Positions 1 through 9,492 of a stretch of 64,000 nt of DNA are shown here, piece after piece. Within the stretch, counting starts at the first letter, position 1, and each line of letters starts with the position of its first letter. Both the position numbers and the translations under genes were made by a program. This DNA is from an uncultured Pelagibacteraceae bacterium (lineage in GTDB: Bacteria > Pseudomonadota > Alphaproteobacteria > Pelagibacterales > Pelagibacteraceae). The DNA lies in the NCBI GenBank assembly GCA_902580535.1, contig CACHKZ010000001.1, forward strand, positions 10,498 to 74,497, given 5' to 3'. Below the pieces are notes generated by a model. It did not search any database, was not told where the DNA came from, and saw only the letters and a list, made by a program, of their open reading frames with translations.

Positions 1-2
1 GC

Positions 3-167
3 TTAAACGGCTTATATTTAGGAATGGGTTTTGATAAAAGAAATAATAACTACCCACAGTTGACAGATCACCACTTTACAGGTGAATATCCTGTAAAAAT
101 AATTGATGAACTTGGTGAAGATAAAGTAACACAACTTTCATTATTAAGTACAGCATCAAATAATTAA
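3..167 (+). CDS. purF: Amidophosphoribosyltransferase, C-terminal fragment (gene starts before the window)
   Basis: Frame 3 reads LNGLYLGMGFDKRNNNYPQLTDHHFTGEYP...*, matching the alphaproteobacterial PurF C-terminus (SLxGLY...PQxTDHxFTGxYP); not in the ORF track. Confidence 0.8.
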   Translation, partial: LNGLYLGMGFDKRNNNYPQLTDHHFTGEYPVKIIDELGEDKVTQLSLLSTASNN

Positions 168-168
168 T

Positions 169-726
169 ATGAAAAAAGTAAGTTTTACTGAAATGAAAAA
201 TGGTACAAGACAAGATTATCAGCTTTTAGAAAAATTAGAAAGTCAATATGAAAGAAAAACTGCAGATAGAATTCTTAAATATTTAGCATCACAAACCACT
301 ACCCTCGAAGGATATCAAATAACTAGACTGGAACATGCTTTACAAGCAGCAACAAGAGCATTTAAGAATGGTGAAAGTGAAGAAATGGTAGTTGCTACTT
401 TATTGCATGATCTAGGAGACGAGTTGGCTCCAATGAATCATTCTCAATATGCAGCGTCAGTAATTAAACCATATGTCTCAGAAAAAACTTACTGGATTAT
501 TTTGCACCATGGTTTATTTCAAACTTATTATTCTGCTGAACATTTAGGTGGGGATAAAAATGCTAGAGAAAAATATAAAGATTCAGAACATTATCAAGCA
601 ACAATAGATTTTTGTGAAAATTATGACCAAGCTTCATTTGATCCAAATTATAAATCAATGACTTTAAAAGAATTTGAGCCAATGGTTAGAAACATTTTTG
701 CGAGAAAACCTTTCTATCATCACTAA
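169..726 (+). CDS. HD-domain protein, PhnZ/TmpB-like (putative diiron oxygenase or phosphohydrolase)
   Basis: EHALQAA...LLHDLGD...NH...HH...YDQ gives the H/HD/H/H/D ligand pattern. Confidence 0.7.
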   Translation: MKKVSFTEMKNGTRQDYQLLEKLESQYERKTADRILKYLASQTTTLEGYQITRLEHALQAATRAFKNGESEEMVVATLLHDLGDELAPMNHSQYAASVIKPYVSEKTYWIILHHGLFQTYYSAEHLGGDKNAREKYKDSEHYQATIDFCENYDQASFDPNYKSMTLKEFEPMVRNIFARKPFYHH

Positions 727-727
727 A

Positions 728-2668
728 TTGTCTAATATTTTAAAAAACGAGAAAAGCCCTTACCTTCAACAGCATAAAGATAATCCTGTTGATTGGTTTC
801 CATGGAATAAAGAAACTCTAGAAAAAGCAAAAAAGGAAAAAAAGCCAATATTTTTAAGCGTTGGATACGCTAGCTGTCATTGGTGCCATGTTATGGCACA
901 TGAAAGTTTTGAAAATGATGAAACTGCCAAACTTATGAATGAAAAATTTATAAATATTAAAGTTGATAGAGAAGAAAGACCAGATTTAGATTATGTTTTT
1001 CAAAAAAGCTTATCAATACTAACAGGAGCACAAGGTGGATGGCCATTATCAATGTTTTTAGATGAAAATGGTGTACCTTTTACTGGTGGTACATACTTTC
1101 CCCCAAAAGAAATTCAAGGAAGACCGGACTTTAAAAAAGTCTTGAATAATGTTTACAATGTTTACAAAGAGAATAGAGAAAAAATCTTAGCTCAAGCCCC
1201 TCAAGTAAAAGATATTTTTTCAAAAATTAATCAAAGATCTGCAGTTTTAAACCAACCTCTGGAGCCATTCGTTGAAAAAATTATTAATTATTTAGATGAA
1301 AGTAACGGCAGCTTTAAAGGAGCTCCAAAGTTTCCACAATTTTATTTATTTGATGCAATGTTTTATTTTTATTTGAAAACTAAAAATAATAATTATTTTA
1401 AACCTGTTGAAACTTTACTCACTAACTTATGCTCAAAAGGAATTTATGATCATCTTGATGGGGGAATATCAAGGTACGCTGTAGATGAAAAATGGATAAT
1501 TCCTCATTTCGAGAAAATGCTCTATGATAATATTCAGTTTATAGATCTTTTGACTAAATTTTATCAAAATACAAAAAATAATTATTTTAAAGATAAACTT
1601 TTACAAACCATTCATTATTTTAATAATGATTTTAAAAATAAAGAAAAATTATATGGTTCAGCATATGATGCTGACAGCGAGGGTGTTGAAGGTAAATATT
1701 ACGTTTGGTCATATGAAGAATTAAAAAATCTTTTAAAAGAAGATATTAAATTACTAGAAAACAAGTACGAAATTTCGGAGAATGGTAATTTTGAAGGTAA
1801 TAACATTTTGGTGGAAAAAAATTTAATACCTGACGAAGATAAAAATAACCTAGACCAAATAAAAAATAAATTACTTAATATTAGAAGAAAAAGAGTAAAA
1901 CCATTTTTTGATGATAAATCTCAAACTGATTTAAATGCATATATGCTCCAAGTTCTTCTCAAAACTTCAGTGCATTTAGATGATGAAGATTTAAAAAATA
2001 ACACAATAGAAACAATTGAAATATTAAATACAAAATTGCATCAAAAAATTATTCATTGTTATGAAAATAAAGAAATAGAAACTTTCCTTGAAGACTATGT
2101 ATATTATGCTTTACTCATGATAACACTATATGAAGTTAATGCTGACAAAAAAGCTTTAGAAAAATCAATAAAAATAATGAATGATACTTGGGAATTATTC
2201 TTTAATAAAGAAACACAGCTATTCCAGAAAAATATTATTAAAGATAATGATTTGTTTGCAAGTCCACTAGACTTAAACGATAGCAATATACCAAATGGTA
2301 ATAGTGTTTATTTGCTAATTTCAAATAAATTATATTCAATTACAAATGATAAAATATGGTCTGAAAGAAATGAGGTTCTTAAAAAATCATTTCATCAGGT
2401 TTTAAACTCTTATTATTCACAAATGTTTAGCTTTATTAAAACCCTAGATATTTGCGATAATAGCTTATCATTCACATTCAGTGGAACATCCCAGTCTATT
2501 AAGGAAATACAGCTTTATTTACAAAAAGAATATCTAGGAGTTGCAACATTTGTTTACCAATTAAATAATGATACAAAACCTAGTGTTATTGTATGTAAAA
2601 ACCAAACTTGTTCTAACAAATTAACTAACATAAACGAAGCTGTTGAATATCTAAGTAAGAGTTATTAA
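728..2668 (+). CDS. Thioredoxin-domain protein, YyaL/SSP411 (DUF255) family
   Basis: [46 protein letters not shown]; TTG at 728 preferred over 674 to avoid overlap. Confidence 0.9.
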   Translation: MSNILKNEKSPYLQQHKDNPVDWFPWNKETLEKAKKEKKPIFLSVGYASCHWCHVMAHESFENDETAKLMNEKFINIKVDREERPDLDYVFQKSLSILTGAQGGWPLSMFLDENGVPFTGGTYFPPKEIQGRPDFKKVLNNVYNVYKENREKILAQAPQVKDIFSKINQRSAVLNQPLEPFVEKIINYLDESNGSFKGAPKFPQFYLFDAMFYFYLKTKNNNYFKPVETLLTNLCSKGIYDHLDGGISRYAVDEKWIIPHFEKMLYDNIQFIDLLTKFYQNTKNNYFKDKLLQTIHYFNNDFKNKEKLYGSAYDADSEGVEGKYYVWSYEELKNLLKEDIKLLENKYEISENGNFEGNNILVEKNLIPDEDKNNLDQIKNKLLNIRRKRVKPFFDDKSQTDLNAYMLQVLLKTSVHLDDEDLKNNTIETIEILNTKLHQKIIHCYENKEIETFLEDYVYYALLMITLYEVNADKKALEKSIKIMNDTWELFFNKETQLFQKNIIKDNDLFASPLDLNDSNIPNGNSVYLLISNKLYSITNDKIWSERNEVLKKSFHQVLNSYYSQMFSFIKTLDICDNSLSFTFSGTSQSIKEIQLYLQKEYLGVATFVYQLNNDTKPSVIVCKNQTCSNKLTNINEAVEYLSKSY

Positions 2669-2677
2669 ATCATTAAT

Positions 2678-3967
2678 ATGAATAAAGATTTTATAATAGA
2701 TCATTTTAAATCTGGAATTAAGGAGCCTATAAATTCCAAAATAGGCGTTGAGCACGAAAAATTCCTATTCTATAAGAAGAATAATAAAAGAATTAACTAT
2801 TCTACAATTAAAGATATTTTCAAAATTTTATATGAATTTGGTTGGAAACCATCCTACGAAGGTGAGAATGTTATAGCATTAAATAAAGATAAAAAGAGTA
2901 TAACTTTAGAACCAGGTAACCAAATTGAGCTTGCAGGTGCTCAATTAAATAATATTCATGAAGTTTGCTCTGAAGCTAATAATTATTTGTTTGAACTTAA
3001 ACAAGTTGTTGAAAAATTAGATTTAAAAATAATAAGTGCTGGATTTGATCCAATATCTAAGTTGTCTGAAATTCCAAATAATCCTAAAAAAAGATATGAA
3101 GTAATGACAAAGGATATGCCTAAAGGCGGACATCTCAGTTTAGATATGATGTATAGAACATCTGGGACACAGCTAAATCTAGACTACACGTCTGAAAATG
3201 ATTTTATAAAAAAGTTTAAATTAGCAAATAGTTTAGTTCCGTTAAGTATCGCACTTTTTGCAAACTCATCAATAGTTGAGAAAAAAGATAGTAAATACTT
3301 ATCATACCGATCAAAAGTATGGCAAGAAACATCAAGGGGTGGCCTTCCAGAAATTTTTTTAGAAAATGTTGATTTTGAAAAATATGCTGAATTTGTAATG
3401 GATTATCCAATACTGTTTATAAAAAAAAATGATAAATATTTATCTGGTAAAAATTATAAATTTTCTGATTATATGAATGGTAATATTCAAGAAATAAATA
3501 AATCTTTACCAAGTATTGACGATCTTGGATTGCATTTAAGTACTATATTTACAGAAAATAGATTAAAACAATATATCGAATTAAGATCTATGGATACTTG
3601 TGGTTGGGACTGTATCTGCGCTGGCCCTGCTTTTTTTACTGGTCTTTTATACGGTAATTTAGATGAAGCATTAGAGTTTATTTCAAAATGGGAAAAGAAA
3701 GATTTATTGAATGCGTATAAAGATGCACCAATGAAAGGACTTAATACAAATTTAATGGGTAAAGATATGATTTATTGGATCTCTAACTTGTTAAAAATTG
3801 CTAAAAAAGGCTTAGAAAATAGAGATTTTATTGGAAAAAGCGGTACAAACGAAACTAAATACCTGGAACATCTAAATAATATTATCAATAATAAAGAAAC
3901 AGTTGCCAGTCATGTTATAAATAAATTCTCTAAATTTCAAAATTTAGAAGATTTATATGACAAATAA
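2678..3967 (+). CDS. gshA: Glutamate-cysteine ligase (alphaproteobacterial/plant type)
   Basis: IGVEHEKF, ITLEPGNQIELAG, MMYRTSGTQLNLD, LFANS, YIELRSMD; adjacent to gshB. Confidence 0.92.
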   Translation: MNKDFIIDHFKSGIKEPINSKIGVEHEKFLFYKKNNKRINYSTIKDIFKILYEFGWKPSYEGENVIALNKDKKSITLEPGNQIELAGAQLNNIHEVCSEANNYLFELKQVVEKLDLKIISAGFDPISKLSEIPNNPKKRYEVMTKDMPKGGHLSLDMMYRTSGTQLNLDYTSENDFIKKFKLANSLVPLSIALFANSSIVEKKDSKYLSYRSKVWQETSRGGLPEIFLENVDFEKYAEFVMDYPILFIKKNDKYLSGKNYKFSDYMNGNIQEINKSLPSIDDLGLHLSTIFTENRLKQYIELRSMDTCGWDCICAGPAFFTGLLYGNLDEALEFISKWEKKDLLNAYKDAPMKGLNTNLMGKDMIYWISNLLKIAKKGLENRDFIGKSGTNETKYLEHLNNIINNKETVASHVINKFSKFQNLEDLYDK

Positions 3968-4883
3968 AATAATAGGCATACAAGGCGATAAATTAGATAA
4001 AATTAATATATCTTCTGATACATCAATATTTTTAGCCCATGAAGCTCAGAAACTGGGATATAAAATATTTTATTATACTCCTTCAAACTTATCCATCATC
4101 AAAAATAAAACATATGCAAATGGAGTATTTGTAAAATTAAATTATGAAAGAAAAAAATTTTATAAAGTTTATAAAAAACAAAAAATAGATATAGATAAAA
4201 TTAAATTTATTTTAATTAGACAAGATCCACCTTTCAACTCAGAATATTTAATTACTACTCTTATTTTGGATGATCTAAAAAAAACAAAGGTGATAAATAA
4301 CCCGGTGGCAATTAGAAACGTATCAGAAAAATTATATTCGAAAAAATTTATAAAATATATGCCAGATACAATATTTTCAAATAATATTGATGAAATTAGA
4401 AAATTTTTTAATAAAAATAAAAATATGATTATGAAACCCATTAATGGATATGGAGGGAATCAAATTCATCTAATTAAGAATAAGTTTAATAAAAAATTAA
4501 TTACAAACTTTCTAAAAAAAAATGGACATTCAATGTTTCAAAAGTTTTTAAAAAATATATCTAAGGGAGATAAAAGAGTTTTTATAATAAATGGCAAAGT
4601 ATGTGGTGCAATTTCAAGAGTTCCTAAGAAAGGCTCATATTTAAGTAATATGAGCAAAGGTGCTGTACCAAAACTTACTAGTCTTACTAAAAAAGAAATT
4701 AGGATTTCAAAAATTATTGGCAAAAGATTAAATAAAGATAATATTTATTTTGCTGGGATAGACTTTATAGATCAGCAGTTAAATGGAGATATTAATGTTA
4801 CCTCCCCTACTGGATTAAAAACATACTACGACCTATCTAAAATAAATCTTGCTAAGACATTTTGGAAAGGTTTAAAAGCTTGA
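3957..4883 (+). CDS. gshB: Glutathione synthetase
   Basis: IRQDPPF, SEKL, KPINGYGG, GDKRV, INVTSPTG (ATP-grasp). Confidence 0.93.
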   Translation: MTNKIIGIQGDKLDKINISSDTSIFLAHEAQKLGYKIFYYTPSNLSIIKNKTYANGVFVKLNYERKKFYKVYKKQKIDIDKIKFILIRQDPPFNSEYLITTLILDDLKKTKVINNPVAIRNVSEKLYSKKFIKYMPDTIFSNNIDEIRKFFNKNKNMIMKPINGYGGNQIHLIKNKFNKKLITNFLKKNGHSMFQKFLKNISKGDKRVFIINGKVCGAISRVPKKGSYLSNMSKGAVPKLTSLTKKEIRISKIIGKRLNKDNIYFAGIDFIDQQLNGDINVTSPTGLKTYYDLSKINLAKTFWKGLKA

Positions 4884-5755
4884 ATAAATTATCTGATCAA
4901 AAAAAAGGATCATTGCTAGCTTTCGTGGCTGTAATGTTCATAACACCTGACTCACTTTTAATTAGACTTTCTACCATTGAAACTTGGGGAATGCTTTTTT
5001 ATAGAGGTATAATCCCTTTTTTTCTAGTTTTTATTGGTTTGTTATTATTTTATAAAAAAAATTTCATAAACGCATTTTTTAAGGTTGGCACTGTTGGCAT
5101 ATTTTATGCTATCAGCTTTTCAATATGTAATATTACCTTCATAATATCTATTCAAAATACAAATGTAGCTAATACCCTGATCATGATTGCGTTAGCGCCA
5201 ATGATATCTGCAATTTTAGGTGCTATTTTTTTAAAAGAGATACCTAGTAAAGGAACCTGGATAGCTATTTTTATAACATTTTTTGCTGTTTTATTCATAT
5301 TCTATGACTCAATTAAAATAGGAAATCTCTTTGGAAATATTATGGGATTTGTTACCGCTGCAGGATTAGCAGTCAACGCTGTGCTGATAAGATATGCTAA
5401 AGACAGAGATCTTTTGCCATCTGCTGTCATGGGAAAATTAGGAGTTGCTGTTTTTGCCTTCTTTTTTGTAGAAAATTTCAATTTAATCGGATCTGATCAG
5501 ATTTATATACCTTTGATGTGTATAGTTTGTGTAGCTCTTCCATTTGTTTTAGTAACAATTGCACCTAGGTTTATTCCTGCTGAGGAAGTGAATTTGTTTT
5601 TCTTACTTGAAACTATAATTGGCCCAATTTGGGTTTGGTTGATTATAAAAGAGCAACCAACTTTAGAGACCATAATTGGGGGGATTATAATTATAACAAC
5701 TATAGCCATCCACTCTTTTTTAAAACTTAGAGAACCTCAAAAAATTAATAATTAA
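4880..5755 (+). CDS. DMT/EamA family transporter
   Basis: About 10 hydrophobic segments, LETIIGPIWVW motif; TTG start overlaps the gshB stop. Confidence 0.85.
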   Translation: MNKLSDQKKGSLLAFVAVMFITPDSLLIRLSTIETWGMLFYRGIIPFFLVFIGLLLFYKKNFINAFFKVGTVGIFYAISFSICNITFIISIQNTNVANTLIMIALAPMISAILGAIFLKEIPSKGTWIAIFITFFAVLFIFYDSIKIGNLFGNIMGFVTAAGLAVNAVLIRYAKDRDLLPSAVMGKLGVAVFAFFFVENFNLIGSDQIYIPLMCIVCVALPFVLVTIAPRFIPAEEVNLFFLLETIIGPIWVWLIIKEQPTLETIIGGIIIITTIAIHSFLKLREPQKINN

Positions 5756-5760
5756 TTTCT

Positions 5761-5778
5761 TGATTTAATATTAAATCA
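5761..5778. promoter_or_regulatory. Perfect 18-bp palindrome upstream of the MFS gene (possible operator or hairpin)
   Basis: TGATTTAAT|ATTAAATCA is its own reverse complement. Confidence 0.35.
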
Positions 5779-5796
5779 TCCATAGATAGCGAAATT

Positions 5797-7119
5797 ATGG
5801 ATAAGATATTAAAAAACTCATGGGCCCTTTTTACAGGTATGGGACTAATTATGTTAGCCCACGGTTTCCAAGTTTCCTTGTTAGGAGTAAGAGCCGTACA
5901 TGAGAGTTTTAGTATAACGGCTACAGGGTTTATGTTAACGGGATATTTTGTTGGGTACTTTATTGGTGCACGAACAGTACCTATCCTTGTTTCAAGAGTA
6001 GGTCACATAAGAGTATTTGCGGCTTTTGCTTCAATTGCATCAATAGTCGTATTAGTTCACTCAATTGTAATAAATCCTTTAACTTGGTTTGTACTTAGAG
6101 TTTTTTCAGGATTTTCTATGGTTTGTCTTTATACAATTGCAGAAAGTTGGTTAAACGATAGGGCAAGTAATAAAAATAGAGGAAGTGTTTTATCAATTTA
6201 TATGATTGTACTCTTTAGTTCTATGGCAATAGGAATGTTTTTTTTAAATTTTAGTAGACCTGAAAACTTTCAACCTTTTATCTTAGTTTCATTATTTATG
6301 TCTTTATCGCTTGTTCCAATTCTACTTACAAAAAAGAAAGCTCCAAAATTTAAAAAAATTATTGGTATGAAAATTAAAGAACTTTATGAAGCCTCCCCGT
6401 TTGGTATGGTAAGCGCTGTTTTGTGTGGTGTTTGTCATTCAGCAATGTTTGCATTAATTGCAGTGTATGCTGCAGCAATGAATTTTAGCATATTTGAAAT
6501 ATCTTTTGTAACTTTTCTAGTTGCAATTTCTGGTGCTATCTCACAATGGCCAATTGGAAAACTATCTGATATTTATGACAGAAGGACAGTAACTGTTTAT
6601 TCTACTTTTGCTGCAGCTTTTTTTGCGCTATGTGCAATTTTTTCTGTAGGGACAATGCATTTGCCCGATGGATTAGCAAGTTCAAAGTTTTGGTTTTATG
6701 TGTTTACAGGTTTATATGCATTCTTTAGTCTTCCAATGTTCGCGCTAATATTTGCGCACACAAATGATTTTGTGGCTAAAGAGAAATTTGTTTCTGCAGG
6801 TGCTGGTTTACAATTTGCTTTTGGTATGGGAGCTATGAGTGGTCCATTTTTGTGCTCCTTGTTTATGGATTTTGTTGGCGAAAATGGCTATTTTATTTTT
6901 TTGATCATATTCCATATTTTGATAGGTATGTATGGTGTCTATAGAATGAGAGTAAGAGAAGTTATTGAAAACCCTGAGTCTCAGTTTACACCTTTGCCAA
7001 CAACAATTACGCCAATCGGTTTAGAATTAAACCCAGCAACTGAACCTATCGAAGAACCATCAAAATCAGATTCAAATAATATAAATGGGACTAAGGAAGT
7101 CACAAACACTTTAGGGTAA
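5797..7119 (+). CDS. MFS transporter (YcaD-like)
   Basis: 12 TM, RVGHIRVFAAF, ESWLN...NRG, QWPIGKLSDIYDRR. Confidence 0.88.
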   Translation: MDKILKNSWALFTGMGLIMLAHGFQVSLLGVRAVHESFSITATGFMLTGYFVGYFIGARTVPILVSRVGHIRVFAAFASIASIVVLVHSIVINPLTWFVLRVFSGFSMVCLYTIAESWLNDRASNKNRGSVLSIYMIVLFSSMAIGMFFLNFSRPENFQPFILVSLFMSLSLVPILLTKKKAPKFKKIIGMKIKELYEASPFGMVSAVLCGVCHSAMFALIAVYAAAMNFSIFEISFVTFLVAISGAISQWPIGKLSDIYDRRTVTVYSTFAAAFFALCAIFSVGTMHLPDGLASSKFWFYVFTGLYAFFSLPMFALIFAHTNDFVAKEKFVSAGAGLQFAFGMGAMSGPFLCSLFMDFVGENGYFIFLIIFHILIGMYGVYRMRVREVIENPESQFTPLPTTITPIGLELNPATEPIEEPSKSDSNNINGTKEVTNTLG

Positions 7120-7150
7120 TTCTCAATAAAATTAATAATTAATAAAACAA

Positions 7151-8176
7151 TTAATATCCTAGATCAGGGTCCACTTGATTAGATAGTTTTTTTTTATCGA
7201 TAAATAGTTTTAAATTATTAAAAAACTTATCTAAAACCATTTCTATATATTTTCCTTTGCTATCTGACGATATGTGAGGTGTAATTACCAAATTTGGAGT
7301 ATCCCAGAATTTAGAATTTCTATTTATAGGCTCTTCTGAAAAAACATCTAAAATTGCTCCAGAAATTTCATTTTCTGTTAATTTTTTTTGTAGATGCTCA
7401 TAATCCATTACAGATTGACGTCCAATGTTAACTATTCCACATGAATTTTTTAAAACATCCAATCTTTTCTTATTTATTAATCCTTTTGTTTCATTAGTTT
7501 CTGGAACTGCTAAATAAAGAAAGTCAGCTTCGGGTAAGACTTTATCGATTTTATCATATGTTAAAACTTTTGAGCATCCTTCAACTTTTCTACCTCTTCT
7601 ATTTATACCAATTACATTTGCTCCTAACGAACTGATATGTTTAATCATTGACCCTCCTAATGATCCAGTGCCGACAGCCAAAACTGTTTTATTCTCAATT
7701 GGGTTGCTTAATAAAGTTACAAACTCTTTTTTTCTCTGATTAGTAACTATTTTTGTTATATGGTTTTGAAGCATCAAAATACTCATCAAACCAAATTCTC
7801 CTGCTTTTTTTGCGTGTATCCCGCTACTATTTGTTAAAACCAAATCTTTTTTAATCCAGTCAAATGGATAAAGATGGTTAACACCAGCTGAAACAATATG
7901 AATCCATTTTAAATTTGGTGCTATTTTACCTAAATCATTTGTTGGAAAGTCCCATGCAAGTAAGATATCTGTATCCTTCATAGAAGACTCCCAATTGTCA
8001 TCATCCCAATCAACCAAATATGTTATTTTATCTTTTATCTCAGGATATTTATTAAGCTTGCTTTCAAACAAATCTTTTGGAACGCTACTATTTATTTCAC
8101 CTTCTAAGTCACAAGGTAGAGAACCCTTTTTCCAGTGATTATTTCTTATATGGATTTTAATTTTACCTTTAGTCAT
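7151..8176 (-). CDS. D-2-hydroxyacid dehydrogenase family protein
   Basis: SAGVNHL, VGTGSLG, NIGR, LDVFSEEP, ITPHIS; ATG at 8176 preferred. Confidence 0.88.
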   Translation of the reverse strand: MTKGKIKIHIRNNHWKKGSLPCDLEGEINSSVPKDLFESKLNKYPEIKDKITYLVDWDDDNWESSMKDTDILLAWDFPTNDLGKIAPNLKWIHIVSAGVNHLYPFDWIKKDLVLTNSSGIHAKKAGEFGLMSILMLQNHITKIVTNQRKKEFVTLLSNPIENKTVLAVGTGSLGGSMIKHISSLGANVIGINRRGRKVEGCSKVLTYDKIDKVLPEADFLYLAVPETNETKGLINKKRLDVLKNSCGIVNIGRQSVMDYEHLQKKLTENEISGAILDVFSEEPINRNSKFWDTPNLVITPHISSDSKGKYIEMVLDKFFNNLKLFIDKKKLSNQVDPDLGY

Positions 8177-8215
8177 ATTTAATTTAAATATACTAAAATA
8201 AAACAAAGTAGAATA

Positions 8216-8284
8216 ATGAATAAAGAAAACGCAAGTAAACTGTGGAAAATGATACAGGAAGCTGGCGATTATTTGGGGTGCTAG
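8216..8284 (+). pseudogene. Truncated 5' copy (20 codons) of the 9264-9491 gene
   Basis: MNKENASKLWKMIQEAGDYL then GC-stop; 57 of 61 nt identical to 9264-9324. Confidence 0.85.
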
Positions 8285-8293
8285 TGGGACAAC

Positions 8294-8323
8294 CTACTTC
8301 ACACTACCTCACACTACTTAACA
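8294..8323 (+). repeat. Three imperfect 10-bp tandem repeats
   Basis: CTACTTCACA CTACCTCACA CTACTTAACA. Confidence 0.8.
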
Positions 8324-8390
8324 ATAGTTATGCAGGTAATTAAAATTTCATTAAAAATAATACGCTTAAAGACTCATCAATTTAAGTAAA

Positions 8391-8429
8391 AAACTATGCC
8401 ACAGACTAGGCCAGATTTAGATAAATCAA
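8391..8429 (+). repeat. 39-bp direct repeat, copy 1
   Basis: AAACTATGCCACAGACTAGGCCAGATTTAGATAAATCAA; 38/39 identical to 9212-9250. Confidence 0.92.
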
Positions 8430-8465
8430 ATAGTTAATTCAAGAGATTTTTGGTAAGATACTAAT

Positions 8466-9194
8466 ATGAATAAGATTTTATCTATAACAATATTCTCCTT
8501 GTTATTTAATTTTAATACTTATGCTGAAAAAATACCTGATGAATATAAATTAAAAGATATAGGATCAGGACAAAAAAAATTAGATGTTAATTTTTTATGT
8601 GTAAGCAAAAAAGATAAAAAAGATAAAATTAGATACTCTTATAAAAAATATAAAATATCATCAGATAACACAGTGCTTATAAGATTGGCGTATGATGATG
8701 AGTACAAGGTTTTCTTAATTCCGATTAGTCCAATTATCAAATATAAGAATTTAAAACATGAAAACTTAAAAAAAAATGAGGTTCTTGTCGATTATACTAT
8801 ATTGGGTGATTACCAAGGTGAAATATGGGTTGATAGAATAGTATTCGTTGATCCAAAAAATAAAAATATACCTTATTATTTATTTCAAGATATTTTTACA
8901 TTAACTAAAGAAGAATTGATAAAATTTAATGATTTATATGAATATTCTTGGATGGAAATAGATAATGAAGATTTTTTTTTTAAAAAAACTGTAAGAAAAA
9001 AAATAATGAAAGAATTTATTAAAAGAAATAATGATTTTCATAAAATTATAAAAGAAAGTTTTGATGAATCAGATAGTCCAACTTTAGAAGAAATTATTCA
9101 ACCAGAATATAAAAATAGGTTAACTCAACTGAATTCTTTAGTTCAAATGACTGGTGAGCCAACTTACACCACTTACGAATGTTCTAAAAAATAA
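8466..9194 (+). CDS. Hypothetical secreted protein (island cargo)
   Basis: 242-aa ORF with Sec-type signal peptide (MNKILSITIFSLLFNFNTYA); no family recognised. Confidence 0.7.
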   Translation: MNKILSITIFSLLFNFNTYAEKIPDEYKLKDIGSGQKKLDVNFLCVSKKDKKDKIRYSYKKYKISSDNTVLIRLAYDDEYKVFLIPISPIIKYKNLKHENLKKNEVLVDYTILGDYQGEIWVDRIVFVDPKNKNIPYYLFQDIFTLTKEELIKFNDLYEYSWMEIDNEDFFFKKTVRKKIMKEFIKRNNDFHKIIKESFDESDSPTLEEIIQPEYKNRLTQLNSLVQMTGEPTYTTYECSKK

Positions 9195-9211
9195 AAATAT
9201 TATTTTTTGTA

Positions 9212-9250
9212 AAACTATGCCACAGACTATGCCAGATTTAGATAAATCAA
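9212..9250 (+). repeat. 39-bp direct repeat, copy 2
   Basis: AAACTATGCCACAGACTATGCCAGATTTAGATAAATCAA; internal ACTATGCCA repeated at 12-bp spacing. Confidence 0.92.
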
Positions 9251-9263
9251 GTTTTGAGGTAAT

Positions 9264-9491
9264 ATGAACAAAGAAAACGCAAGTAAACTCTGGAAAATTA
9301 TTCAGGAAGCTGGCGATTATTTGGAAGGACAGCTTCCAGAACATCCTAACCATCCTAAAGGACGAAACCCATACGCTCATGTTGCAATTTGTGTAAAGAG
9401 TAAATTTAATGCAAGTTATAAAGATATTGAGGATAAAAGATTTGATGAAGTAGTAAATTATATTAACTTTTTAAGAGAAAATCCTAGTTAA
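9264..9491 (+). CDS. Small hypothetical protein (C-terminus ORF6C-like)
   Basis: 75 aa, GAGG RBS upstream; LPxHPNHPKGRNPYAH and FNASYKDI...FDEVVNYI. Confidence 0.75.
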   Translation: MNKENASKLWKIIQEAGDYLEGQLPEHPNHPKGRNPYAHVAICVKSKFNASYKDIEDKRFDEVVNYINFLRENPS

Positions 9492-9492
9492 A

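Larger units (their letters stand above)
8277..9324. mobile_element. Putative non-autonomous site-specific mini-island inserted into a small conserved gene
   Basis: Bounded by an identical 22-bp block CAGGAAGCTGGCGATTATTTGG (8255-8276 and 9303-9324); contains one orphan gene and arm-like repeats; no integrase. Confidence 0.6.

Noticed and set aside
674-727. N-terminal extensions in the ORF track (also 4862, 8206, 19716, 24011, 29654, 37265, 41105, 57883, 57909, 61172)
   Set aside because: They overlap neighbouring genes or precede the family N-terminus, signal peptide or RBS; downstream starts fit better
8294-9250. Repeats as a CRISPR array or classical integron attC sites
   Set aside because: Only two 39-bp copies, 821 bp apart, with no spacer series, no cas or intI gene, and no attC-type inverted ends
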